This document shows positions 38,405 to 50,402 of a stretch of DNA of 64,000 nucleotides, in pieces. The notes under the pieces were generated by a model, which saw only the letters and a program-made list of their open reading frames with translations, made no database searches and had not been told where the DNA came from. Each line of letters opens with the position of its first letter. Position 1 is the first letter of the stretch. Source of the DNA: a virus; IMG/VR virus record IMGVR_UViG_3300037245_003482, positions 1-64,000 of that record. The stretch is one strand, 5' to 3'. The translations under genes were made by a program, and so were the position numbers.

Positions 38405-38932
38405 ATGGATATAACCACCTTAGAAATGGAAATTGCAGCCGCAGATTTCTTTAATATTAGGCGTAATACAATTGTGCCTAATTTGCACTGGGGCCTTGAT
38501 TTCATGCATGAATGTGATATTTTTGTTGCTTCCCCCACTGGGCAATGTACAGAAATAGAAATAAAAGTTTCAAAAAAAGACATAATTGCAGACAAAAAGA
38601 AAAAACACAACCACATAGACAAGCTGAATAGAATAAAGAATTTCTATTTTGCTGTACCAAAAGAACTTGCTGAATTTGCACTTAGCCGCATTCCAAGCCA
38701 TGCAGGGCTATTAGTGGCTACAAAGGAAAATATAGGGGGCAAGGTTAAGGTACGGTTGAGATGTAAACGCAACTGTGTCCCAGATGCAAATGCCCGCAAA
38801 CTATACAAAGAAGAACAGGACCAAGTATTAAGGCTTAGTTCAATGCGTATATGGGCAGCAAAAGGCCAAATACATAAGTTATGTGAAGAAATACAGCAGC
38901 TAAAAGAAGAATTAAAGAAGGGCTTATTATGA
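38405..38932 (+). CDS. MmcB-like PD-(D/E)xK nuclease
   Basis: ECDIF...EIEIKVSKKDIIADKKK, FYFAVP, AGLL. Confidence 0.75.
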   Translation: MDITTLEMEIAAADFFNIRRNTIVPNLHWGLDFMHECDIFVASPTGQCTEIEIKVSKKDIIADKKKKHNHIDKLNRIKNFYFAVPKELAEFALSRIPSHAGLLVATKENIGGKVKVRLRCKRNCVPDANARKLYKEEQDQVLRLSSMRIWAAKGQIHKLCEEIQQLKEELKKGLL

Positions 38933-39673
38933 CTATAAAAACAGATGTAGTACTTGAAAATTGGAACTGGTTTACACGTACCAAGCCCAGTGGGGCAATA
39001 GAAGCAGCATGGGTATGTGGGCACCTAAAGGGGCACCCAGAATTCCCTGAAGACCCCCTTTTGAATAATATAAGGCTAAATGCCCCTTTAGACCTTAAAA
39101 ATAGGACTTTCCATTTTGGTGGGGTATTGGTGCGTTTTGGTAAATTAAACCTAAATGTAAACCCAAAACTAACAGAATTTATTGAACAGGAGTAAAAAGT
39201 GAAACAAATAAAAAGAGTAAAAGTGGCAATATTGGACAAAAAAACACCAAACAAAAATAGCACCCTTTCACATAATAAAAAACATGTTGTAAGGTTGCTG
39301 GCAACTGTACCAAATGTACCATTGCTTTTCGATAAGGATAACGTATTCCCCTATGACAAAATACCAAAGGACAAACATGTGGGAAGGGCCCACAATTTCA
39401 CAGTTGAAAAAAATGTACTTTATGCTGATTTTATCATAAAAGACGACATACAATATTTAGCCGTGAGTGAAGCAGCAGGCCCCCTTTCTGCACGTATGAC
39501 TACTGAATATGAAGAAGATGATTTAGTGTGCATCATTAATATTTACCTTTATTCTATGCAGGAAGGTGATGAAGAATGGACAGGTGTAATAGAAGGGGAA
39601 CTTGAACCATACCCAACACCAAAGGCACCACCTGAACAAAAAACAGAAGAAAAATTTAGGAAAGATTAGCATT

Positions 39674-39694
39674 AGGGGCCATTAGGCCCTTTTT
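39674..39694 (+). terminator. Intrinsic terminator
   Basis: AGGGGCC-atta-GGCCCT-TTTT. Confidence 0.6.
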
Positions 39695-41092
39695 CACCTT
39701 AATAAGGGGCAATAAATGCCAAATGACTTTGAAATAGATACAGAGTACCATGCAATAATAAAAGAAGCCTGTATTGCTGCAATGCATGGGCATTACACAG
39801 AAACAGAACCAGGGTATTACAAACGCACCATACCAAAAGTAACAAAAGGTAACAATGTACATATAGTGGCATATGAGGGCACAAAACCACCAGAACCTTG
39901 CAGCATTTTAAAGTACGAATACTACCTGCAATCCCAACCAATAATTGAAGAACTAAATGATACAGGCCCCTGTATTATTAATATGCCCCGGGTTATATTT
40001 GAGTGGGAAAAGCACCCCCGTAATTGGTTTATAAGCCAATGGGCGCATGAGTACACACTGTACAAAACAGAAGGTGGTGTGGAAGTAAAACTAAAATGCA
40101 GGCTACATAACCAACAGGCCCATGATTTAATTTATAAAATTGGGCTTAAAAATGAAAAATCAACAACATTCAGAAGTGCATCAACATGGTGTAAGGAGTT
40201 TGAATTTGCTACAGATTGATAAATTACCCTGCACCACATGCGGGGGCAAAGGAAGCATTACAGAAGTAGTTAGTTTTAATTTTGGTTTAGTGGCCTTTAT
40301 TTATGGGCATATACAACAACATAGGGATACCATATGTGAAATATGTGGTGGCAAAGGAGTAGTATAATGGATGTAGAAAGCATTGAAACAAAGCAATATC
40401 AAGTAGTACAGGTACAGGGTGTAAATATGTTCAGGTATGCCCCTGATGATTGGCGTACACAATACCAAGGGGCAAAAGTGACACCCCCCATACCTTTCAC
40501 CATAGCAGAACTGGAAGAATTGTACCAGCAGTACCTAAAGAACCATATTTGCCGGGTGTACCCTGCAAAAGATATTAAGGTACAAAAACAGCTTGATGAA
40601 GCCCCATCAGACGTGTTCCGCATTGTACAAATACTCCACCATATGAATTATGAAGGTATGCTGGGGCGCCACACAGGGCAAGCAGAAGAAATAGCCATTG
40701 CAGAAATGCTTATTAATAAATTTACGGGCACTTATGGGGAAAACAAGTACAAAGCCCTTAAAGAAGCTGTATTAAACAAAAAGAGTTGCAGGGCCTGTTG
40801 TGGTGAAGGTTTTATAGGCCTTGACGGTGTAAAAGAAATGTGCCACAGCTGCAGGGGCACAGGGGAAAGCCTGGATACTCTTATTTCCATACGCAACGAA
40901 TTGAAACATGGGGTATTGTAATGGAACCTACTTGCGTGGAACTAACAGTAATTAAAGAAAATAAGGCAAGAGAACAAAAGCGGATTGATTACTACCAGGG
41001 GCAAATTGACAAACTGGATGCAAAAGAACATATTTTAGATAACATTGCTGAAATGCAGAGGATGTATGGGTAAAGAAGAAAAAGGAGTAACT

Positions 41093-41323
41093 ATGAAATA
41101 TATACTAATCATACTACTATTGCTATTGTCAGCATGTGAAACCGTGGTAGTGGATAACAATGTGGTACCAGTTATCGTGGTACCAGGTGGCACAGGGGAT
41201 ACTTTGTACATAAGGGATACAATCCTGCAGGTGGACACAATTTACAGCGTGGACACCCTTAGAATTATAGAAAGGGATACTATATATGAAGTAATCAATG
41301 TAATAAAACTAGGCGGGGGGTAA
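41093..41323 (+). CDS. Small lipoprotein
   Basis: MKYILIILLLLLSA-C lipobox, AAGGAG RBS, DT-hydrophobic repeats. Confidence 0.75.
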   Translation: MKYILIILLLLLSACETVVVDNNVVPVIVVPGGTGDTLYIRDTILQVDTIYSVDTLRIIERDTIYEVINVIKLGGG

Positions 41324-43793
41324 CAGTATGGAAACATTTGTAGGATTGTTAGCTATAGCACTTATAATGCTGGTTACCTTTATAATATGTAAGGTAGAGG
41401 ATATGTGTTTGAAAAAGAAGCTGAAACCAAGCAGCAAAGACAGAATTATACATATGTCAGTAGTTACCCGGGTGAGAAGGGAAAATTCTAACAATGTACT
41501 AAATGTAAATTCAAGTTGCCCAACAGGTGTATGGTATGGTAAGTGCCCCCATTGTGGAGGACCATTACGTACCTACATGGGGATACATGATAGTCATTGT
41601 ATGCATTGCCGTTGTTTTATAATTTGGCCAGAGGCATAGGGCATGGAAACAATAGCTGGTATTATAGGAATTGTATTCACTGCTTTTGGTTATTTGTCAT
41701 TTTTTGCATTATGTTTGCATGTAGCTTTAATACTAATAGGTGGCTTGGGATACTTGGTATTTGTGGTCCTCTTTTACATAGTTCACATAGGCATATATGG
41801 GGCTAAAATAACTAAAGTACTTTGGGGCAAAAGGCCCTTTGGGCATGGTACCATAAGGACCGTAGAAACTAAGTGGAATAGTGGGACAAATACGGATGTG
41901 TAGTCCCTGTTATTTTAAAAAACCAATGGGATTTTGGGGCATGGCATCGTTACCTAAAAGCCCCAAATCCAACAAATTTTAAATATTTGGCAGGGTAACC
42001 TTGGGAAATTTGGGGTAACGTATTTAGTAAGGTAACTTGTTATAATAGGGGCATAGGGCCCTAAAAGGCAAAGGAGTAAGAAATGGGAGCAAAAGGCGAA
42101 GAACTAACACCAGGCACTATTGATATGGGGCATGGGGACCTACATGTGACCTATGAGACAGAATATAGTAGCATTAGTGATACAGTAGGCATTGCACAGA
42201 TTGTCAATAAGGAACAGCCTGAAATGATAGGCAAAGTACATGGGTACGGTGGGCATATTGAATTCAACAAATATGACTTGGAACAAATAGTAAAGCACTT
42301 GATTTCAGTTGGTGCAATTGATATAAGGGTGTGAAGGGGCTTAAATGTACTCAGACAAGATGACAAAGGCTATTAAGGATAATAAGGCCCAAGTAAAGCA
42401 AGGGAACATGGTGCTGCGTATACCAGGGAAGTATAGGGAAGGCATTAAGGAGCTTATGGCACCCAATAGGGGTTGCAATTTACAACAGGCATTGTGCCTA
42501 AAGGCCTGTTGTAGTGGCCCATGTTCAGAATGCTTATTACATAAAGAGTATCATGAAGAATTTGAACAATGGAGTAAAGATAAACTGGTCAAAGGGGGCC
42601 TGAATGAACATAAAAAAGGCCATTAAGGCCCAAATAAAACATAATGGCAAAGTGCTGCACATACCGGGGAAATATAGCCCAATAGATCTGGCACCAAGTA
42701 AACCTGAGTACATTAGGGCAACATTATGCATAGCAGCACAATGTGAGCCCCATAAGGGTTTTGCACATAAATGCAGGCAATGCCTATTTTACCACCAAAA
42801 GGCATTTGAACAATGGCAAAAGAAACAATTAGCACCTGGAGGGCTCAATGTTTAATACAAAAAGTTGGAAAATAATAAAACAGTTAAGTGGGGTATTATT
42901 TAACCTGGGTATGTTGGGGTTGATATTATGGATGATGTATTTTACTGCAAGCACCACCATTTGGCCTATTACAGCATTTATGGGGTGTATTGGGCTAATT
43001 TGTGCAGGAATGGGTGCGGGGCTATTCATAAAGGACTTAATTAAAGAATGGAATAAGCCAATACCAATGGGCAGTAAGGGATATGACCCAGATAACTATG
43101 TTGCTGAATGGAATAAGATGCAGGGGACCTTGGTATCAGAGGTCTTGGTTTCCAAAGCGGATTACAAAAGGCTAATAAGAAAGCATAAATTGCCCATTAG
43201 TGTGCATGATTGCCTGGATGACACAAGCATCCCAATTGGCACTGTGCGGCTAAAGTACATAATAATGCATAATGGGATATTCAAATACCTGCTGTACATG
43301 TATAGGTTCAGGAAGTTTGAAAAGGACCTGAGGGACAATACGCTTGTAGGTATAGTAGTTGAAGTAGTTGTTTATTAGGGGGTGGTATGAAAAGGCATAA
43401 TGAAGGGCTGCAGGTGGACGAAGGTGTCTGTAATTGCCCCTTTTGTGAAGAAGGCAGGAAAACACATAAAATAGCACGCACCATAGCCTACTGGGCCTGT
43501 ATAATTGCAGCCGGGGTAGTTGTGCAATCGTTATTTGGGTGGTAATATGGGCCTAGGGAATAAGATAAAAGGGTTAATGGGTATATCAATGGACCCAGCC
43601 CCAAAGCAGGCAGGCATAGGGCCTTTGGGTGTTTTATGTCGTATAATGTACCAGGATCAGTGTGAAGCCTCAACAGATACAGCAGAATACCATAGTCCAT
43701 TTGATGACCCTGAAACAATGATATTCATTGGATACCCTGAAACAGATGCACATTTTAGGCAACGGTTGCAGGCGCATTTAGAAGGTAAATAAC

Positions 43794-45272
43794 ATGGCAT
43801 ATGAAGCATATGGAATGAACCTCCAAAACAGCTATTGGTACAAAATAGAACAGGCAATGGGGGCCAGGAAGGAAGAAGCCACAGAGGCCCTGATGGAACG
43901 TGATGTCAGGATCAAAATACTGCAACTCATATGGGATGAACCAGAGGTACTGGGGCACATGGTGGGCTTTACCGATGGCACCCCAATGCATGGGCAATGG
44001 ATTAAGAAGCTTTGGGACAACCTGCAACCAGGGGAAGACAGGAACATGATGGCCCACCGTGGTAGCCTGAAAACCAGTTTCATAACACAGGTAGGCAGCC
44101 ACAGGGACCTGATATTCAATCCACACCACCGTATTGCTATCTTTCGCCCTGCACAACACCAATCAATTGATATAACCCGGGTAGTACGCAACTGGTACAA
44201 TTTGCCACCTATTATTGCATTATTAACAGAGGCACCCTTACATTTCAGCCTTAAAGAACTAACAGGCAAAGAGAAATCAATCAAATGGGGGTTCATGCCC
44301 CCTGCAATGCGCTCGAGGAAAGAAGGCAACTTAGACAGCTGGGGCATGCTTGGAACCACGGGGTACCACTATGACATAATGGTAATATGTGACATAGCAA
44401 CAATTGATGACCGCACCAGTAGGGCCAAACGGGAAAAAACCAAGGCCTTTGTGCGTGAAGTACGGAATAACATCAAAGACCCAAATGCAAATGTGCTAAT
44501 GGAAGGCACCACCTGGCACCCTGAGGATGTATGGAGTGAATGGCCTGCAGACTTCAAAGTAAATGTGTACCAAAGTGGCCTGCGAACAGATGACCAAATA
44601 ACCAAAATGAAAGACGGTTACATTAATAAAAATGGGGAATGGGTACCGGGGCTTACAGCTGTGGAATTTGGGTGCAACCAGATGCTGGAGCATTTGAACA
44701 GCGAGGACCAGATATTTGGTGACCCTGCCTATGGTAAGTTTGTTAATACACAACAACCTTCATACATGCATGTAGACGCCAAGTACAAAGGGGACCACAC
44801 TGGCGCAATAACATTATTACAAAAGCGCACAGACGGCCTGTGGAGCGGAAGGGGCTGGGTATTTGATAACCATGTGGATGAGCAATATGATTTTATTGTA
44901 ACTAACTGCATGGCCCACAATGTCCGTGTGTGCTATATGGAAGAAAATGCAGATAAGGGCCTGGTAATACGGGACCTTGTGAAACTGGGCAGGAAGAAAC
45001 GCTGCAAAACTAAGTTCCGCAATTATAATGAATCCACTGAAAAACACACCAAAATACAAAGTTGGGGCAAAAGGTATTACAACCAAATATTGTGGGATGA
45101 TAAAATGCAGCACAGTATCAATTGGAGAGGTGGGCCAACTGTGCCAAATGGGCATGCATATATAAACCAGGTCATTATGTACATGGATGGGGAAGACCTG
45201 AACGATGGCCCAGACAGCATGGCAAGCCTATTGCGGGAAATATATGACAAAAAGGGCAAAGGTTTGTGGTAA
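43794..45272 (+). CDS. terL: Terminase large subunit
   Basis: HRGSLKT Walker A variant, TGYHYD.MVICD, EGTTWHPED, RNase H-like HVD / EEN / DGPDS. Confidence 0.88.
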   Translation: MAYEAYGMNLQNSYWYKIEQAMGARKEEATEALMERDVRIKILQLIWDEPEVLGHMVGFTDGTPMHGQWIKKLWDNLQPGEDRNMMAHRGSLKTSFITQVGSHRDLIFNPHHRIAIFRPAQHQSIDITRVVRNWYNLPPIIALLTEAPLHFSLKELTGKEKSIKWGFMPPAMRSRKEGNLDSWGMLGTTGYHYDIMVICDIATIDDRTSRAKREKTKAFVREVRNNIKDPNANVLMEGTTWHPEDVWSEWPADFKVNVYQSGLRTDDQITKMKDGYINKNGEWVPGLTAVEFGCNQMLEHLNSEDQIFGDPAYGKFVNTQQPSYMHVDAKYKGDHTGAITLLQKRTDGLWSGRGWVFDNHVDEQYDFIVTNCMAHNVRVCYMEENADKGLVIRDLVKLGRKKRCKTKFRNYNESTEKHTKIQSWGKRYYNQILWDDKMQHSINWRGGPTVPNGHAYINQVIMYMDGEDLNDGPDSMASLLREIYDKKGKGLW

Positions 45273-45293
45273 AGGTTTTTATAATAGGGGTGT

Positions 45294-45388
45294 AGGCAGG
45301 TGAAGTACAGTAACCTGATGTACTTATTGGGTTAGCGCCCCTGGGGTTATATAATGCTGCTATGCAGCAGGCTCCCCAGTGCCTTTTT
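45294..45388 (+). ncRNA. Small structured RNA or leader
   Basis: Begins right after the promoter motif; AGGCA/TGCCT, AAGTACA/TGTACTT, CTGGGG/CCCCAG, GCTGC/GCAGC. Confidence 0.45.
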
Positions 45389-45402
45389 AACAGGAGTAAC
45401 AA

Positions 45403-45813
45403 ATGGAAACATCAGAAGTACTACTTAAGGAATTAACCTTTGAAGACGGCACATTAGTACACAAATGGCCCTTTGTTCAAATAGAAGACAAAGCCAAATT
45501 CTACAGGGTGTACTATAAAGAGCGTGTGCATAGTGATGGGGCAACAGAAGGAATGGGCTTTGATTTTTGCGTTGTGTACTGGATAGGCAGCGGGATACAA
45601 GGGGAACATTGGTCTGAAGAAAGTGATTGCCAGGTAGATGTGCATATGTGGGGTAATGCACTATTTGACGGTATACGACATATTTTCAATGGTGATAGTG
45701 CTAACAGCGGGTACATTTATTACCCAGATACAGGTGGCATTATTAAGGTTTTTGAGTGCCTGAGGGATTTGGAAACTAAGTACTGCAATAGCCCAGATCA
45801 TACAAAGGGGTAA
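45403..45813 (+). CDS. Hypothetical protein
   Basis: AGGAG RBS. Confidence 0.6.
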   Translation: METSEVLLKELTFEDGTLVHKWPFVQIEDKAKFYRVYYKERVHSDGATEGMGFDFCVVYWIGSGIQGEHWSEESDCQVDVHMWGNALFDGIRHIFNGDSANSGYIYYPDTGGIIKVFECLRDLETKYCNSPDHTKG

Positions 45814-45816
45814 CAA

Positions 45817-46245
45817 ATGATAACAGTAAACTTATTTTTATTAATGCTTATTGTGGCAATGGTGGCAATGATTATTGTAATGCAATGGCCCAAATCTCCT
45901 TCTGTAAAGTGGCCCAAGTACATGGAATGTGACAAAGGGAAAGAAGAAGTGCCTAGCAAAGCCATAGTGCGCCCCCAGGACGAATATGAAAGGGTAAAAA
46001 AGCTATTTGATGAAATGACCCTAGTTGAATATATAGGGCCAAATAAGGGGAATTTGGGGCCCATACCAAACCAGCCCTATGTAATAACAAAGTGGAACTG
46101 GAGCAATGCACCTCATTATTCCACAGCGGAAATATGCCAAGTACATATGGTGGGACTTAAACGTGTAAGGGATGCAGGCAGACATTCAGTACCAACACAC
46201 CAATTACAGGAATGGGGGGACAAGAATGGTAAAAGTAACAGTTAA
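45817..46245 (+). CDS. Membrane-anchored hypothetical protein
   Basis: N-terminal TM helix. Confidence 0.55.
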   Translation: MITVNLFLLMLIVAMVAMIIVMQWPKSPSVKWPKYMECDKGKEEVPSKAIVRPQDEYERVKKLFDEMTLVEYIGPNKGNLGPIPNQPYVITKWNWSNAPHYSTAEICQVHMVGLKRVRDAGRHSVPTHQLQEWGDKNGKSNS

Positions 46246-46433
46246 AGATGGTGGAATACACAAATGCACACGAGTAACCAGCATGGGCATACGTGCGGAG
46301 CATCTAGCAGTAGGTGGGCATTTGATCAATCTAGCCCAAATTGACACAGTAGAAATGGGGCAGACAGAGTGTAAAAAGTGGCCCCATATACATATGTATT
46401 TCAACAACCTATGTATTTAAACAGGAGTAACAA

Positions 46434-47312
46434 ATGAAAGAAGCACCAATGGGCCGTGCCCAAATAAAGAAAGAGCTTATACATGTGAACGCAGGGCGGA
46501 ATGAACCCCCACGCTATGCAGAAGCAATTTACTATGAACGTGAGGACAAACAGGTCATTTGTTTTTCAACCCAATTAAGTTGCAGTGTGGGTTGTGCCTT
46601 TTGTGCATCACCAGGACCAGAAAAAACAGTAAACCTTACAGCAGGGGAAATATTGGCCCAAATCAATTACTTTGGTGCTGATATCAATATGGGCAAAGTG
46701 ACCCTATTGAGCGTAATGGGGGAAGGTGAACCATTGTTAAATTATAGCAATGTGATGAAGGCCCTGAAATTGGCAGTTAAGCACGAGGCATTCCAGGGGG
46801 TAGGGGGTGTTAAAATAGCATTAAGTACCAGTGGGGCAGCCCCTGCAAAAATAAAGCAGTTGGCCAAGCATAACAGATTCTACACCAAATATGACGAGGC
46901 TCCTGTGCCATTCAAATTACAGGTTTCATTACACTTTGCTGGTATAGAAAAACGAGTGAAATATATGAAGAATGCTGCATCTTTGCGAGGGCTACAAGAA
47001 GCCTTATCCTGTTACACCAGGGACAAAGGTGCCCATGCAGCACCTGTTGAACTTAACATTGCACTTATTGATGGGGTTAATGATAGCCTGTATGATGCAG
47101 TGCTGGTAGTGGCAAATTTCCCTGAATACCATATAAAAGTCAGTAAGTACAATATGATTGAACGGGCTGAATTCAAACCTGCAACTGATCAGAAAACAGC
47201 TGCATTTGTTGCCCATTTAGATATGGTGGGTATGTCAGTTGAATATCATGAAACAGATGGCAGTGGTATTGGTGGGGCCTGTGGGCAAACCAGGGGCATG
47301 CGGAAAAGTTAA
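46434..47312 (+). CDS. RlmN/Cfr-like radical SAM methyltransferase (N-terminally short)
   Basis: CFSTQLSCSVGCAFC, MGEGEPLLN, LSTSG, LQVSLH, GVNDS, GACGQ. Confidence 0.88.
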   Translation: MKEAPMGRAQIKKELIHVNAGRNEPPRYAEAIYYEREDKQVICFSTQLSCSVGCAFCASPGPEKTVNLTAGEILAQINYFGADINMGKVTLLSVMGEGEPLLNYSNVMKALKLAVKHEAFQGVGGVKIALSTSGAAPAKIKQLAKHNRFYTKYDEAPVPFKLQVSLHFAGIEKRVKYMKNAASLRGLQEALSCYTRDKGAHAAPVELNIALIDGVNDSLYDAVLVVANFPEYHIKVSKYNMIERAEFKPATDQKTAAFVAHLDMVGMSVEYHETDGSGIGGACGQTRGMRKS

Positions 47313-47347
47313 ATAAGTAACTTTGTATAATAGGGACAAAGGCATTG

Positions 47348-47432
47348 TGGGCCGCTGCTTTTTAGGCCCAGGGCATAGGGTTGTCGCAACTGGGGGGTGA
47401 TGGCCCCAGTTAACCCCTTGCCCCATAAGCAG
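47348..47432 (+). promoter_or_regulatory. Structured 5' leader with possible pseudoknot
   Basis: TGGGCC/GGCCCA, GGGCA/TGCCC, AACTGGGG/CCCCAGTT, loop CTGCTT complementary to AAGCAG. Confidence 0.45.
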
Positions 47433-47443
47433 AAAGGAATAAT

Positions 47444-50383
47444 ATGAAAAAGAGTAAATTTAAGAAAGGTGACCGGGTGGTTGCTTTGATTAATCAGTAT
47501 AGAGCTGGTGATGTGGTAGTGAAAGCAGGGCACAAAGGCACCATATTGGAGGAAACTGATGTACCCTTTGTTGAATGGGATAAATTTGTTAATGGGCACT
47601 CAGCCAACGGTTTAGGCAAAAAGGGCCATTGTTGGTGTAATGAGGGGCACAACCTTAAAAAGGTACCTTGGTATAAAAAGCTATTAGGTTTGGGGTAATA
47701 TATGAGCAGCTTAAAACTAAAGACCAAATGGGTAAAACACCCAAAAGTACCTGTGTGGGAAAACAACAAGGGCATCCGCATCCATGTTTCAGGTGGTCTA
47801 TTAGGTAAACCAGGCACCCATTTCCTTTGTGTTGTGCGGGACCATATGGTAAAGGAACCTTACAGCTATTTCTACAAATTAACGGGTGGCAACCGAAAAC
47901 GGGCCCTTATGGCAGCAGCTGAGGAAATAGCAGCACCTGGTTCATTCTATCATGCTGTGTTTATTGGGGAACATAGCCCATTGAAAGGTTTTATTGATAC
48001 ACCTGCATTGGAGCAAATATGAGCCGTTTAAAACTAAAGACCAAATGGAAAAAATCAGGGATAGGTAGTTGGTTTAATGCTACCTATACCACCTTGTGGG
48101 TGGGCCGCCCACTAGATATTTGGTATCCAAAAAATAGCCCCATGGATATTTGGCATTCAAAAATAACTACTTCGTCCACCCCTTTGCAAATAAATACTAA
48201 GCACCCACGGTATTTGCATATGCTCAAAGTAACAGGCTGGAACTACAAAAGGGCAACAATGGGTTATGTAGAATGGCTGATATCAGGGAAAGAACTATGA
48301 GCAACAGGTACAAAGGCCGCAAAATGCCCTGGGTGTATAAGTTACAACGGGCAGAACAATCACCATGTATCAATTGTGGGATGCCTGGTAGCCATTTTAT
48401 CCCACCATCACTTGGGGAAGAAGGTTTCTTCCTATGTACAAAACCAGCCATATTGGAAATGGCGCATAGGCTTATTGAATGGAAAATAGGGCAGGAAAGC
48501 AAGAAAGGCCCATTGCCACTTAAGGACAAAATGCCTGATTACTCTGATGCAAGGGGGCCGGGCATAGCTGCTTGGGTAGAAAAGCAATGTAAGGGTATGT
48601 CGGTTAGTTATGTGCCTGGGGGTGTATTTGCCTTTAGCATAGGGGGCACAGCAGAAATGATGAATATAAAAGGTACTGTGGAAATATGAAACCAATTACA
48701 TCTATCATAGGGCTAGAATTTATACCAGGGGCCACGGTAGCATTAAAAAAGGACCAAGAACCAGTGGGGAAACTATTGGACATCTGGTGCTTTCACAATA
48801 AAGGGCCTATAGCTGTAGTTCAGTTACCCAATGGAAAAAGGGGCAACTGGGACTTATCTTTATTATTAGTAGTTGAACAAAGTGACAAGAAAGAGGAGTA
48901 ACCATGTCAGCTGAAATAATTGAACATAAGCATGAAAATGGAAATGTTTACCATACCACAGTTATCTATGATGCTATTGGAACCACGTTGCCCATATTAT
49001 CAATTATAGAGCAGTACCAAAGGACTATCCCCCCTGCACATATTATACATGTTATCTGTACTGTGGATCAAATACATCCATTCCCAGATTTCGTAGACAC
49101 CAAAACCAATACCTATTTGGATAAACCAATACACCATTCCGAAAAGTCAAAACAGATAAATTGGGACCGGGTAGCTGTATATGTAAATACACCTGAAGAT
49201 TGTGCCCAATGTGTACAACAGATAAAAGAAAGCGTGAAACAATTACCTGCTCCCCCAATTAATACCTGGAAGCTTAGAGACATACCAAACCCAACACCTG
49301 AGACACCATTTGATAAAAGAAGCTGTTATGACTGCTGCCACATAAGAGCAGCATGCAGCTTGTGGTGTGGTAATACAAAAGCTAGGAAGGCCAGGGGCAC
49401 ATCAATACCCGGGTGCATCCATTGCCCATATTGGGGGCCTGCTTGGAAAATGATAACAAAGGAATACAGGACAGCAGAATATGGTTATGTATCCAAATGG
49501 CAAAAGTTTAAGAAATTCCTTTATAACTTATTATAATAGGGGCAGGAGGCCATTATGATAGTAAAAATGGAAGTAGGTGCAAAGGTTGAAGTATTGAAAA
49601 ACTTAGGGACTAATTCCACTTTTGCCACACAGGAAACAGCGACCAGCAAAGGTGAAATAGTAGCAATAAAGTCTATTTTTTACCCTTATTTGTATGCAGT
49701 ATTAAGGGCAGATGGCAAAGAGGTTTTAGCCACAGGGGCACAAGTGAGGGTGGTGCAGGATGAATAACAGATTTGGGCTTGATGTAGCTTATTACCGTAA
49801 AGAACTAAAGGCACTTAGTGATTCATTGGTGGACAGAACACCAGAGGAACTTAATAGGTACCTTTTGACCATGGCTGGTAAGAAGCCTAGTACAAAAGAA
49901 GAGGCAACAGTAACAGTGCCCCCATATGTAAAAAGTGGGTATGCCAAGCTTATAGCAGACTTTGCTGAAGATTTACCAGAGCAGCCAAATGTGGCCAAGG
50001 TTTTGAAGCAGGCAAGGTTTACATTATGTACTATTTTCCAGGGGCATAAAGAAAGTATGTCATTGCATGGGTACCATAACCGTGTTTGTGATTTTTTGCA
50101 TGATTTAGAAATGGAACATAAAAATAGTGAAGAAAAGGAAAAAGAAGAACCAGTACCTGTCTATAACCTAGAAGGGTGGGCTAAAATACAAAAGGCCCTA
50201 GCAGAGGATAAGAACTTATCACATGCTATTCTATTCCCAGAAAAGGAACCATGGCGCAATGCTGAACTTAATGCAATGGCCCGCGCTATTGTAGGGGAAA
50301 CAATACAACCAGGCAGCAAGGATTTCTTTGTTGATTTGGTGTACAAAATATTAAAAGAAGTACAGAACAAGTTTACCCATTAA
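47444..50383 (+). other. Array of eight small hypothetical ORFs including two LKLKTKW paralogues
   Basis: Coupled ORFs starting at 47444, 47702, 48019, 48297, 48686, 48904, 49555, 49760. Confidence 0.7.
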
Positions 50384-50402
50384 CTTTATATAATAGGGGT
50401 AA

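Larger units (their letters stand above)
38929..43792 (+). other. Array of about 17 small hypothetical ORFs (several membrane or Zn-binding)
   Basis: Head-to-tail ORFs with overlapping start/stop codons and GGAG/AGG RBSs. Confidence 0.7.

Noticed and set aside
41929-41970. Inverted repeat GGATTTTGGGGC/GCCCCAAATCC with nearby GGTAAC repeats
   Set aside because: Real but isolated; the large loop and lack of further support do not allow a call as terminator, operator or origin
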